Source: Anaerolineae bacterium
GTDB taxonomy: Bacteria; Chloroflexota; Anaerolineae; B4-G1
Assembly: GCA_034435075.1 (NCBI GenBank)
Contig: DAOTYA010000245.1
Coordinates: forward strand, 1 to 61,357
Reading direction: 5' to 3'
Length of the DNA: 61,357 nt
Part shown: in pieces, positions 45,913 through 55,135 of the stretch
Layout of the letters: each line of letters opens with the position of its first letter
How positions within the stretch are numbered: the stretch's first letter is position 1
Notes under the pieces: generated by a model
What the model was told of the DNA's origin: nothing
Database searches by the model: none
What the model saw: the letters and a program-made list of their open reading frames with translations, nothing else
Position numbers and translations under genes: made by a program

Positions 45913-46896
45913 ATGGCTCGTCTGCTCGAACCAGGGACCGTCCTGCGCAGACGGTATAAAATTATTGCCCCTGTTGGCCAGGGTGGTATGGGGGCGGTCT
46001 ACCGTGCCGAAGACCTCCGCCTTGAGGGCCGCATTTGTGCGGTAAAAGAGATCCGACCGGATCCGGATGCCTCACCGGAGGAATTGGCACAGGCACAGGA
46101 GCAGTTCCATCGGGAGGCCTCCATCCTGGCACGCCTGGACCACCCCAACCTCCCCAAAGTCTCAGACATCTTCACCGAACGCCAGCGGGAATATCTGGTT
46201 ATGGATTTCGTTGAAGGACCGGACCTGCGTCAGTTGATGGAACAGAAACGTCTGCAGGGCGAGTTCCTGGATGAGCGCATGGTTCTGCAGTGGGTGGAGC
46301 AGTTGTGTGACGCACTGGAGTACCTCCATAGCCAGAACCCGCCTGTGCTCCATAGGGACATCAAGCCGGCCAACATCAAGCTGACTCCTGGCGGGTTGAT
46401 CAAACTGGTGGATTTTGGTCTGGCTAAACTGCTGGCGGCCGATGACTCAAGCACCATCACCGTGTTGCAAGGCCGTGGCACACTTGCTTATACGCCGCTT
46501 GAGCAGTACGGTGGGGACACCGGCCACACCGACGTGCGCTCCGATATCTACTCGCTGGGCGCGACGATCTACCATTTGTTGACCAATCAACCACCAGCCG
46601 ACGCCAGGCAGCGCTTCCTGAATCCTGACGCTCTTATCTTCCCCCGGGCAATCAACCCCAACATTTCCCCCGCCACCGAACGCGCCATCCTGGCAGCCAT
46701 CGCCATGCATCCCGAGCCGCGTCCTCCCAGTGTGGCAGCCTTTCGGGAGTTGCTGCACGCCAGCAACTCTTTTTCCTCTCACTACATCCTGACGCCTCGA
46801 CAGGAGGAATGGTATCGCGCCGTGGTTGACAACCTCGGCCTGATATTACTGGCCGGGTTAATGCTCCTCCTGGCAGTGTTGGTGACCCTTCTTTAG
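45913..46896 (+). CDS. Ser/Thr protein kinase (Hanks type) with C-terminal TM anchor
   Basis: G-loop GQGGMGAVY, the VAIK-like motif [16 protein letters not shown] and DFGLAK. A C-terminal hydrophobic helix [20 protein letters not shown] is present. Confidence 0.92.
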   Translation: MARLLEPGTVLRRRYKIIAPVGQGGMGAVYRAEDLRLEGRICAVKEIRPDPDASPEELAQAQEQFHREASILARLDHPNLPKVSDIFTERQREYLVMDFVEGPDLRQLMEQKRLQGEFLDERMVLQWVEQLCDALEYLHSQNPPVLHRDIKPANIKLTPGGLIKLVDFGLAKLLAADDSSTITVLQGRGTLAYTPLEQYGGDTGHTDVRSDIYSLGATIYHLLTNQPPADARQRFLNPDALIFPRAINPNISPATERAILAAIAMHPEPRPPSVAAFRELLHASNSFSSHYILTPRQEEWYRAVVDNLGLILLAGLMLLLAVLVTLL

Positions 46897-47041
46897 ATAA
46901 AGCTCGCGCGCCTGGCCTTCTGTCAACAGGTTGACTATGTGGGACGGCTTTTCCGGACACCGTCCGGCGGGCCGGGAAGCCTGTTCCGCAGGCCGGCCTC
47001 CAACGGCAACCATCGTAGTCAGGAGTGGTCAGAGTCTCGCT

Positions 47042-47208
47042 CCTACAGGGTAATTACCTACCCGGCTGCCTGCCGCCGTGTGCCGATTGGAAATCGACCT
47101 TTAGATTCCTGCGCCGACGCGGAGACAGCGGTCGGCGCAGGCCGACCGCTGGCCGAAGGCCCAAAGTGGGCGACTTCAGTCGGCAGGGGTAGGCAGTTAC
47201 CCTACAGG
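47042..47208. repeat. Family C element, full-length copy (inverted relative to 5369-5530)
   Basis: Its reverse complement aligns along the whole length with 5369-5530. The terminal inverted repeats are CCTACAGGGTAATTACCTACCC and GGGGTAGGCAGTTACCCTACAGG. It overlaps the last two sense codons and the TAG stop of the GH3 gene. Confidence 0.88.
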
Positions 47209-50084
47209 AATGGGCCAGACCGACGCTTCGGTCCGGTTATGCGGGCGAGGGTGATTGGCACCGCGCCACCCAGTAGCGTCACCCCACCGGCCATCCATAC
47301 GCCCATCTCACGTAAACGCACCATCACAGGCCACTGCAAAGTGTAGAGCACATACATCATCAGACCAGTAATGCCACACCACAACGCCAGGCGCATGGCC
47401 TGACTGATTGATCTGTGCCTGGTCCAGCCGAAGTGATACCCCGCCATAGCAATGAGGCCAGCTCCCACTATCGCCAGGAGCAGGTCCAATAAGCCGGCTT
47501 TCCGTACCCTGCCTGTCCCCTCCTCCGCTCCTTCCTGAGCAGGCCATGGAGTCGGAACCACCGTTTGTTCCACTCCAGGCAAAGGCTCCGGGGTAGGTGA
47601 AGAGGTGGGTGATGGAACAGGGGTAGGTGGCAGCGGTGTGGGAGTGGGGGTAAGTATGATGGCCGACTCCCCCTCCGATATAGTGATCTGGAGCACAAGT
47701 GTGCGTGGCACAGGGTCTGCCTGGACAGAGATGTCAAGCTGACCTGTACGGTCCAGCATGACCACCGTCTCCGCCACACCGCCCCGTGTCAATGCCACAA
47801 CCGAGCGCTCAAGCCCCTCACGGGGGTAGGAGAGGATGAACTGGACAGGGGTACCATCTGGTACAGGATGATCGTTATGATCAACTATGACGCCGGTGCG
47901 CAATCTCAGCCCATCGCCTACCCCAACGCGTGGAGACTCCAGAGTAGGGGTGACGACAGTGGTCGGCTCAGGCGTGCTCCCGGCTTCTGGCGTGGGTTTC
48001 TCTTCCGTGGACGACTTGATGATTTCATATTGGAGGGTCAGCATCTGATCCGGAGCCGGCGAGACCTGGGTCAGCAAATCGTAGTTTATGCCGGGCACGC
48101 TGACCGGCGAGGCGCCCGTCGGCACAAATTCGCCGAACAGTGCGCGCACCAGAGCCTCGATAAACAGCCCTGAGCGGCTGTAAGCAACGTAATAAGCGCT
48201 CAATTTGCTGATCTCGGTGGCATCCAGATAATAGGGTGCATCACAGGCCAGCACGACCAGGTATGGCCTGGGACGCAGCGCATCAGCTCGCTCGGCCAGG
48301 AAGCGCCGCACCACAGCCGATGATGACTGATCGGATAAAGGATTGATTATGACGAATATGATCCAGTCCGCGCTCCCGATGGCCGTCTCGATAGGAAGCG
48401 GCAAGGTGGGGGTGATGGTCGCTTCAGCCGGAGGAGCGGGGGTTGGAGGAGGCATGTTCAGATACGCCTCAAGTTGTTTGAATGTAAAGCTGGAGATCAG
48501 TGACGGGTTGATCTGCCCGGTCGCCTCCGGGCCATAGAGGCGCAGGATCGTGTCCTGTACCGCCAGCCGGTCAATGTAGGGAACCGGCGCACAGGTGGCA
48601 CACGGTTTGCCTTCGCGGCTGTCAGTAAATATGACGATCCGGTCCTCAAAGGTTGGAATAACTGTGAACAGGTCTGGTGCGGGAGGAGAGATGAGGGTCA
48701 CGGCATCGCGGGCGATAGAGGAGAGGATTTCACCGTGTCCTCCCACCTGCGTGCTGACCGTCTCCGGATCGGGACGGACGGTGTCAAGTGTAAAGTGGTC
48801 GCCGTAGAGCTTCAATTTCAGGCGCAGGATGCGCGCTACCGCAGCATCCACCAGCGCCTGGAAGGCGGGATCGGATTCATATTTATCCTCAAAGAAGGTG
48901 AGGGTGGATTCCACGTTGGCTATCCGCTCTTCCCAGCTCGTATCAAGCGCGAACTGGGAGAGGATGAGAACATCGTTTCCTGCAAGCAAAGCATCCTGGG
49001 CAATACGACGTCCGTTGAAAGTCTCTTCTTTGGGGTCATAAAACCGACGCAGGGCGCGTAATCCCAGGCTATCGGCCACGACTATTCCACCCTGCTCGCG
49101 CCATGCAGATAGTTCCTGGAGTCCCAGCAGCCGTCGAAGTGCCTGGCTGTCCACACTTACCGGAGCGGTTGTGGTAAACCGGCCACCCTCCAGCCCCCGG
49201 AAGCGGATGTGAGAGACCATCAACCCGTCTGGACGGGCCAGGGGGTCCTCAGCCTGGGCAACGGCTGCGAAGGGGAGCAGATCAACCTGGCGTAGCTTAT
49301 CCAGTGTGCGCTGGACGGTGGAGACTTCCTCGTTTAGCGAACGATCAGCGGTTCCCAGGCCGGGGAAATGCTTGGCGATCACCGCCATTTTTCCCTCAGC
49401 ACCGACATGGACGCCTCTGATGTAGGCTTTGCCCATCTGCCCCACCCAGAACGGCTCGCCGCCGAAAATGCGCACTCCCAGATCGCCGGAGCTTTGAGGA
49501 CGCGGATTCTCGACCACGTCCAGCGACGGCCCCAGCAGCAGGTTTATCCCCATAGCCCGCAGTTCCTGCCCCACGATCTGCCCCACCGCCTCAGCGTAGG
49601 CCGGATTCCAGGTGGCACCAAGTGCCATCTCGGCCGGGATGGGTGTCACGCCGTTAGCAATAGCGGTGAAGGGCATGCCGTTGCCTTCGTGGTTGACGGC
49701 TATGAAGAGGGGGATGAATGGGGTGGAAGAAACGGTCCCCGTCCCGCTGATCGAACGGGAGGCATCCCAGGCAATGGTCTGGAGCTGGCTGACAAGTGTG
49801 GCTACCTGCTCAGGTGTATTACCTTCGTTGATAATATTGTTGTTCTCGGGCAGGAGCACCACACCGCCGATATGATAGTCGCGGATCAACCTGGCGATGA
49901 TCGAGTCATCGCTTGCTTCGTGGCCAGGAAATGTGACCAGAAAGAGTTGCCCCACACGGGCCGCGCCAGACATACCGGCCATCAGCCGTGCAACAGCGTC
50001 CTCCTCCTGCGCCCGTGATGGTCTGCCCAGAGGAAGCGGCACCAAAAGGGCTATAACTAAGGCCCATCCAAGCGCTCTTCTCAT
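47202..50084 (-). CDS. Glycoside hydrolase family 3 (NagZ-like N-terminal domain) protein, secreted and C-terminally membrane-anchored
   Basis: 960 aa. Signal-peptide-like N-terminus, GH3 motif KHFPGLG, a Pro/Thr linker and 3-4 C-terminal TM helices. Confidence 0.85.
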   Translation of the reverse strand: MRRALGWALVIALLVPLPLGRPSRAQEEDAVARLMAGMSGAARVGQLFLVTFPGHEASDDSIIARLIRDYHIGGVVLLPENNNIINEGNTPEQVATLVSQLQTIAWDASRSISGTGTVSSTPFIPLFIAVNHEGNGMPFTAIANGVTPIPAEMALGATWNPAYAEAVGQIVGQELRAMGINLLLGPSLDVVENPRPQSSGDLGVRIFGGEPFWVGQMGKAYIRGVHVGAEGKMAVIAKHFPGLGTADRSLNEEVSTVQRTLDKLRQVDLLPFAAVAQAEDPLARPDGLMVSHIRFRGLEGGRFTTTAPVSVDSQALRRLLGLQELSAWREQGGIVVADSLGLRALRRFYDPKEETFNGRRIAQDALLAGNDVLILSQFALDTSWEERIANVESTLTFFEDKYESDPAFQALVDAAVARILRLKLKLYGDHFTLDTVRPDPETVSTQVGGHGEILSSIARDAVTLISPPAPDLFTVIPTFEDRIVIFTDSREGKPCATCAPVPYIDRLAVQDTILRLYGPEATGQINPSLISSFTFKQLEAYLNMPPPTPAPPAEATITPTLPLPIETAIGSADWIIFVIINPLSDQSSSAVVRRFLAERADALRPRPYLVVLACDAPYYLDATEISKLSAYYVAYSRSGLFIEALVRALFGEFVPTGASPVSVPGINYDLLTQVSPAPDQMLTLQYEIIKSSTEEKPTPEAGSTPEPTTVVTPTLESPRVGVGDGLRLRTGVIVDHNDHPVPDGTPVQFILSYPREGLERSVVALTRGGVAETVVMLDRTGQLDISVQADPVPRTLVLQITISEGESAIILTPTPTPLPPTPVPSPTSSPTPEPLPGVEQTVVPTPWPAQEGAEEGTGRVRKAGLLDLLLAIVGAGLIAMAGYHFGWTRHRSISQAMRLALWCGITGLMMYVLYTLQWPVMVRLREMGVWMAGGVTLLGGAVPITLARITGPKRRSGPFL

Positions 50085-50125
50085 CTCTACCCGCTGTAGC
50101 GGAAGCCTTCTATGCCACAGAGGCC

Positions 50126-50350
50126 TTACTTTTGGGGTTCAGTGGTCTCTTCTTCCTCGTCTTCCCACCCGATAATCCAGACGCACAGCCCGGCCAGACC
50201 GATGGTCGCTATGATCAAAGCTGCCCACTGACCGGGCAACAGGCCAACATCGCGGGCAGACCAGACCAGGATGGCTACCATCCCTACGGCCAACACTGCC
50301 CAGGCCAGTAAACGCGGATGACGGGTGGCGAAGTTTTTCAAAGCCGACAT
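50126..50350 (-). CDS. Small membrane protein (two TM helices, acidic C-tail)
   Basis: 74-aa ORF with two clear hydrophobic helices and the tail WEDEEEETTEPQK, co-oriented 41 nt upstream of the GH3 gene. Confidence 0.55.
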   Translation of the reverse strand: MSALKNFATRHPRLLAWAVLAVGMVAILVWSARDVGLLPGQWAALIIATIGLAGLCVWIIGWEDEEEETTEPQK

Positions 50351-50400
50351 AATGATACCTCCTCGTTCGGTGTTCAGTTAACAGGTTGCAACTCGCCTCG

Positions 50401-50907
50401 CTATATCGGGCGGAGCACCCGTTTTTCGCGCAGTTTCTTCAACATCACCGTCTCGTTGGCCTGCAGTCCCCCTTCCTGGGCCGCTTCCTGCCATGCTTTC
50501 GGCAGCTCTGAGACGATGTGAGGTTCATAGCCGAAATTCCTGTAGAATCGCACAAGGGCCGGGGGAGTGGGGCGAGGGAGGAACAGGATCGCCGCTTCGC
50601 ATTCCAGCACACGAGCTTCCCTTTCCATCTGGGTAAGCAGCGCCCGACCTATGGGCTCGCGCTCGTCCGCCGGCCCGATGAGGAAGTCGGTCACCCGCGC
50701 CACAAGGTTTTCGATCTGCCAGCCGAGCATCCCCACGAGCGTCTCACCGCGCTCGGCCAGCAGGAAGCCGACGGTGCCGAAACGTTCGATGACCGCCATA
50801 TCGTCTACTTCCTTTCGGCCCTTCAAAGCGCTGTTGATGAAGGCAGCGATCTTTTTCGCGTCTGCCGGCCTGGCCCGGCGCACTCTGATCTGCGACTGTA
50901 TCATCAT
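50401..50907 (-). CDS. GNAT family N-acetyltransferase
   Basis: 168 aa with an acetyl-CoA-binding-like segment (...IGRALLTQMEREA...) and the typical GNAT length and beta-bulge pattern (FYRNFGYE). Confidence 0.75.
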   Translation of the reverse strand: MMIQSQIRVRRARPADAKKIAAFINSALKGRKEVDDMAVIERFGTVGFLLAERGETLVGMLGWQIENLVARVTDFLIGPADEREPIGRALLTQMEREARVLECEAAILFLPRPTPPALVRFYRNFGYEPHIVSELPKAWQEAAQEGGLQANETVMLKKLREKRVLRPI

Positions 50908-51013
50908 GTCCTGCTCCTCCAGGAAAGTTAGAGGGGATGCCGGCCCTCTGTGATAACCAGGCCGGTCGGCGATTATTATACTCGCATTGCTCCCTTTGCG
51001 GAAGAGTCCTTTT

Positions 51014-51643
51014 TCAGCCGGAGCATCCGCGCGTGGAAGACTTCATAAGCCGTTCCCAAGCGCACCGCACCTGAGCGCGTGTGTGAGAAAGCGGACCGGA
51101 GTTGTCAATGACCACATCGGCGCGGGCGATTTTCTCCTCTTGCGGCGGCTGCGCCTGCATACGCAGCAAAGCCTCAGCCCGGCTCAGGTTACGCTCCGCC
51201 ATTATGCGCTGCAACTGCTGCTCCGGCCTGCATATCGTGACCCACAGGCTGTCATAAGCATCGGCCATGCCGGACTCTATCAACTTGATGGCTTCGACCA
51301 CTACGGCCTGGGCGGTAGAAGCGGCAATGCGCTGCTCGATAGCCGCGATGACGGCCGGGTGAACGATCCGCTCCAGAGATGCCAGCGCGTGGGGGGCGGA
51401 GAACACGAGGTCCCCCAACCGCCTGCGGTCAATCTCACCGTCGGGAGCGAGGATGTGGGGGCCGAAAGTTTCGACGATAGCGTTGTACACAGGCGTACCG
51501 GCCTGCATTACCTGGTGAGCCACCCGGTCCGCGTCAATCACTTCCGCACCCAGTTCGGCTAACATCCGCGCCACAGTGGACTTGCCTGTGCCGATGTTAC
51601 CTGTCAGACCGATGAGTATGGGGCGTGTGAACTCAGGATTCAT
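51014..51643 (-). CDS. coaE: Dephospho-CoA kinase
   Basis: P-loop IGLTGNIGTGKST. ATG 51643 is preferred over the upstream TTG 51658. Confidence 0.9.
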   Translation of the reverse strand: MNPEFTRPILIGLTGNIGTGKSTVARMLAELGAEVIDADRVAHQVMQAGTPVYNAIVETFGPHILAPDGEIDRRRLGDLVFSAPHALASLERIVHPAVIAAIEQRIAASTAQAVVVEAIKLIESGMADAYDSLWVTICRPEQQLQRIMAERNLSRAEALLRMQAQPPQEEKIARADVVIDNSGPLSHTRAQVRCAWERLMKSSTRGCSG

Positions 51644-51863
51644 CCATCTACGTTGCAAACGTGCCGGCCGCCGGCGTCTCGGGGCCAGCGAGGTTTTACC
51701 CGAACCTTTGGAACTGCTCAGGGCGATACGGGCGTCATAGAGATCTCAAGCGGCGCTTCCTCGAAAACGTCCTGGAGCCATATGATTTAGCCAGCTCACT
51801 TGCCGTCGGGTCAGACATAGCATATGAATTATACCACGGGGCATGGGTAAGCCAAAGAAGATA

Positions 51864-51905
51864 AGTCCGTAGTCCGCAGTCCATAGTCCGTGGTCCTGAG
51901 TCAAC
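51864..51905. repeat. Tandem heptamer array (6 units, AGTCCGT-type)
   Basis: AGTCCGT AGTCCGC AGTCCAT AGTCCGT GGTCCTG AGTCAAC. It shares the CCGTAGTCCGT string with the right arm of the 30845-30923 hairpin. Confidence 0.9.
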
Positions 51906-52004
51906 GACCGGTGAGCGTCACGAGTTTGGGACATGGTTCTGAGTCACCGCTGTGGCCTGTTGTGTTGGTGTCGGGCACAGTCTGGAGATTGGACCGAGCC
52001 TCAG

Positions 52005-52077
52005 GCAGCGCATCGGCACAGGCCGACCACTGGGGCGGAATGCCTGAGGGGACTGATGTCAATCAGCCTGAGTTACA
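52005..52077. repeat. Family C-related partial module
   Basis: GCCTGAGGGGACTGATGTCAATCAGCCTGAGTTAC parallels GCCTGAAGGGGCCAGTTTCAATCAGCCTGAACAGTAC at 294-331. Confidence 0.6.
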
Positions 52078-52219
52078 CACGTGGTATGGTGTGGGAGAAT
52101 ATGCGTCCGCGCGCCTGATTGTGGCGCTGGCCCCGGCGAGCTTCAACAAGCCTTACATCAGGGCATCTGGGGGTGTCCACCGTATCACAAAGTCTGAGGA
52201 TATGTGGATAGCCACCGGA

Positions 52220-52741
52220 CTACCGCCTGCAAGGCCCCCAGAGCAACTGTTCACGGATTGCCAGGTCGGTGCCACGTATTTTGAACGCCAGATCGGCAGC
52301 GATGTTACGCATCAGACGATAGCCTAAATCAGGATCGGCGTCGCATAGCCTGAGGAGTTCATCACGAGGAATGGCGAGGAGCAGCGTCTTTTTCGCGGCA
52401 CAGCGCGCTGATGCCGAGCGCAACCCCTGGTCCACCAGTGCCACCTCACCAAAGGTCTGACCTCGTCTGATGGTAGCAATCGTCATCGGTTCGGGGGTCC
52501 GACCGGCGAGGGCAGATTGAATGATGGCCGGGCTGACGAGAATCTCTACTGTGCCGCTGGCGACCACATACAACTCATCGCCACCGCTGTTTTCTTCGAA
52601 GATAACTTCTCCTTCTGCAGGGACTACCTCCGAGCAGATGGAGGCTATTCTTTCTAATTGAGCTTCTGTCAGATCGTAGAAAATATCCGCCTGTCGCAAT
52701 ATATTTACATACTCAGTGACCTTGCTTTTCCTTTCGGCCAT
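52220..52741 (-). CDS. Cyclic nucleotide-binding domain protein (no HTH domain evident)
   Basis: 173 aa from ATG 52741 (MAERKSKV...), preceded by a GGGGG RBS. The cNMP-binding signature FGEVALVD...RSASA is present. Confidence 0.82.
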   Translation of the reverse strand: MAERKSKVTEYVNILRQADIFYDLTEAQLERIASICSEVVPAEGEVIFEENSGGDELYVVASGTVEILVSPAIIQSALAGRTPEPMTIATIRRGQTFGEVALVDQGLRSASARCAAKKTLLLAIPRDELLRLCDADPDLGYRLMRNIAADLAFKIRGTDLAIREQLLWGPCRR

Positions 52742-52870
52742 GGTACCCCCTTGATAGTGGTGAATCGAAGTCAAGCCGTAGATTCATTGCCAGACGTTTC
52801 AGCCACGTCGTCCAGCACTCCCCCTGCCTGTGGCGGATATTCCTCAAACCCAGATTGGCTCGGTGCTACA

Positions 52871-52899
52871 ATTTTACCACTCTTGCACTGTGAGAGCAA
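52871..52899 (-). promoter_or_regulatory. Candidate promoter for the cNMP-binding protein gene
   Basis: The minus strand reads TTGCTC (52899-52894), N17, TAAAAT (52876-52871). Confidence 0.35.
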
Positions 52900-52970
52900 C
52901 CCGGCGCTTATCTCAATAGCCAGCGCCGTACTGTGCTCCCGACAGCACTGTACCCCGGCATTGCGAGCTT

Positions 52971-54173
52971 TCAGCCTTTCCGTTTCCTGGTTGTAAGAGT
53001 CCGAAATTGGCCTGCAAGCATACCGGGCAGGTATCCGGTGATGTGGGTCCCAACCTCTATATGTTCCTCACGCTCGATCACTCCGCGCTGGTGGAACAGG
53101 TCTACCAGATTGCCAGCCTGATAGGGGATCACAACATCCAGCCAGACCATTTGTGATTCCAGAGCCTCCTCAACGCAGGCCAACAGTCTGTCCACTCCGG
53201 CGCCACTCAGTGCGGAGATGGGCACGTAACGAAAAATCGGCGCGGTCAACGAATGGTTCAGCCTGGTTACCAGTGCATTGACAGCATCCGGCCCGGATAA
53301 CAGGTCAACCTTGTTCAGGGCCAGGATGACGGGCCTCCCGGCAGCACCGATTTCCCGCAGTGTCTCCTCAACCACTCTGGCCTGACGCCCGGCCTGGGGA
53401 TGCGTGATATCCAGTACATGTACAAGCAAATCGGCTTCAGCTACTTCTTCGAGCGTGGCACGGAAAGCGGCTATCAGGTTGGCGGGCAGTTTCTGGATGA
53501 AGCCAACGGTGTCCGTGAAGAGGACCGTCCCGCCGCGCGGCAGGGATACCCTGCGGGTGGTCGGGTCAAGGGTGGCAAAGAGCATATCCGCGACAGGGAC
53601 ATCGGCACCAGAGATAGTATTGAGCAGGGTGGACTTGCCAGCGTTGGTGTAGCCTACGATAGCAACGGTTGGCACCCCAATTTTGCGCCGTCGCTCGCGA
53701 TAGTGTCCCCGGTGTGCACGCACCTCTTCGAGTTCACGTTTGAGCTGACTGATACGTCTGCGGATTACCTGGCGGTCGGTCTCCAATTGCGTCTCGCCCG
53801 GGCCACGCACACCGACACCCCCTGTGCTGCCGCCAGCCCGTCCACCAGCCTGACGCGCCAGGTGAGTCCAGGCACGGGTAAGGCGGGGCAGCCGATATTC
53901 GTACTGCGCCAGTTCAACCTGAAGAGCCCCTTCGCGCGTATGAGCATGCTGGGCAAAGATGTCGAGGATCAGAGCGGTGCGGTCAAGCAGCTTGAGCTCG
54001 TCCCCCAGCGCTTTCTCCAGCTCGCGATGGTGGCGCGGTGATAGTTCATCGTCGAAGATAACCACACTGGCAGCTTTCTCCGCGACCTGCTGGACTACTT
54101 CCTCGACCTTGCCAGGACCAATGAAAGTCGCCGGGTTGGGGCGCTCAAGCCGTTGTACGGTCTGCCCCACCAC
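52971..54173 (-). CDS. hflX: GTPase HflX (coordinates from the first canonical start; the true start is probably upstream, see findings)
   Basis: G1 GYTNAGKST, G3 DTVGF and G4 NKVD. HflX N-domain-like sequence (ERALLVGVE...SLAELAQLARTAG) continues in frame upstream of GTG 54173, up to about 54311. Confidence 0.9.
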   Translation of the reverse strand: MVGQTVQRLERPNPATFIGPGKVEEVVQQVAEKAASVVIFDDELSPRHHRELEKALGDELKLLDRTALILDIFAQHAHTREGALQVELAQYEYRLPRLTRAWTHLARQAGGRAGGSTGGVGVRGPGETQLETDRQVIRRRISQLKRELEEVRAHRGHYRERRRKIGVPTVAIVGYTNAGKSTLLNTISGADVPVADMLFATLDPTTRRVSLPRGGTVLFTDTVGFIQKLPANLIAAFRATLEEVAEADLLVHVLDITHPQAGRQARVVEETLREIGAAGRPVILALNKVDLLSGPDAVNALVTRLNHSLTAPIFRYVPISALSGAGVDRLLACVEEALESQMVWLDVVIPYQAGNLVDLFHQRGVIEREEHIEVGTHITGYLPGMLAGQFRTLTTRKRKG

Positions 54174-54321
54174 TACCAGACCGGCCGTGCGCGCCAGTTG
54201 GGCCAGTTCGGCCAGCGACTCTTCTACTGGCCAATCGCTGCCAGATTGCCACTCTACTCCTACCAGGAGAGCACGCTCCTGGGGTGGTCCGGTCGGTTCA
54301 GGTACTTTAATAGTGCACCCC

Positions 54322-55125
54322 TTAAAAGTCCGGGCAGGATTTGTTCTCTCCGATTAGCCTGACCTCGCTTGCCGAGATAGCGCAACGGAAGCCTACGTTA
54401 CTGAAGAACAGAAAGTCGCCATCAAGCCGGGCGGTACAACGCGCACGATCCAGGTCGTTCAGCCAGGAGCCTCCGCGCAAGACCCTCCATCCCCCAGCTT
54501 TCAGACTTTCACGCCCGTCGTTGGGGTCGTAGGGATAGGGGCGGAAGAGGCTGCTGGTCCATTCCCACACGTTGCCGACCATGTCGGCAACCCCGGCAGG
54601 GCTATCGCCCTGGGGGGAATATAAGTCTACCGGGGACGTGCCATTGATGCCCGTCTCTCTGGTATTGCAACGTTCCAGCAGGAATTCGTTGCCCCACGGC
54701 CAGCGACGTCCATCTGTACCGCGCGCGGCTCGCTCCCACTCCGCTTCTGTGGGCAGCCGCTTGCCGGCCCAGGCCGCGTATGCCTGCGCGTCCTCCCAGC
54801 GTACAAGCACTACCGGATGTCTCTCTTTACCAGGCGGCGGAGTCCTGGTCTCCGGATCCCAGTTATACTCCTCCAGATTGGCCCACTCCACTTCGTAGTA
54901 GGGGACAGGATAGCCTGTGGCGTCCACAAAACGTTTGTACTCCTCGTTGGTCACCGGATAGCGGTCAATGTAGAAAGCCGCCACATAGACGGTGTGGGCC
55001 GGGCGCTCGTTTTCGCGGCTTTCGTCGCTGCCCATTATAAAGCTTCCAGCAGGGATGTAAACCATTTCTTTGCCATCTGGTTTCCAGATGATGGTGTGAC
55101 CGGTCTCTCTATCGTTCTGTGACAT
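54322..55125 (-). CDS. Formylglycine-generating-enzyme (FGE/SUMF1) family domain protein, cytoplasmic
   Basis: 267 aa. FGE-sulfatase domain patterns include [31 protein letters not shown] and RVLRGGSW. No signal peptide. Confidence 0.85.
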   Translation of the reverse strand: MSQNDRETGHTIIWKPDGKEMVYIPAGSFIMGSDESRENERPAHTVYVAAFYIDRYPVTNEEYKRFVDATGYPVPYYEVEWANLEEYNWDPETRTPPPGKERHPVVLVRWEDAQAYAAWAGKRLPTEAEWERAARGTDGRRWPWGNEFLLERCNTRETGINGTSPVDLYSPQGDSPAGVADMVGNVWEWTSSLFRPYPYDPNDGRESLKAGGWRVLRGGSWLNDLDRARCTARLDGDFLFFSNVGFRCAISASEVRLIGENKSCPDF

Positions 55126-55135
55126 GTCTGACCTT

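Noticed and set aside
51890-52327. A 145-aa plus-strand ORF lies between coaE and the cNMP-binding gene (also a 67-aa ORF at 51661-51864).
   Set aside because: It starts inside the heptamer array, runs through a Family C fragment and overlaps the 3' end of the convergent cNMP-binding gene by about 100 nt. It has no RBS or motifs. A shorter real ORF cannot be excluded, but nothing supports one.
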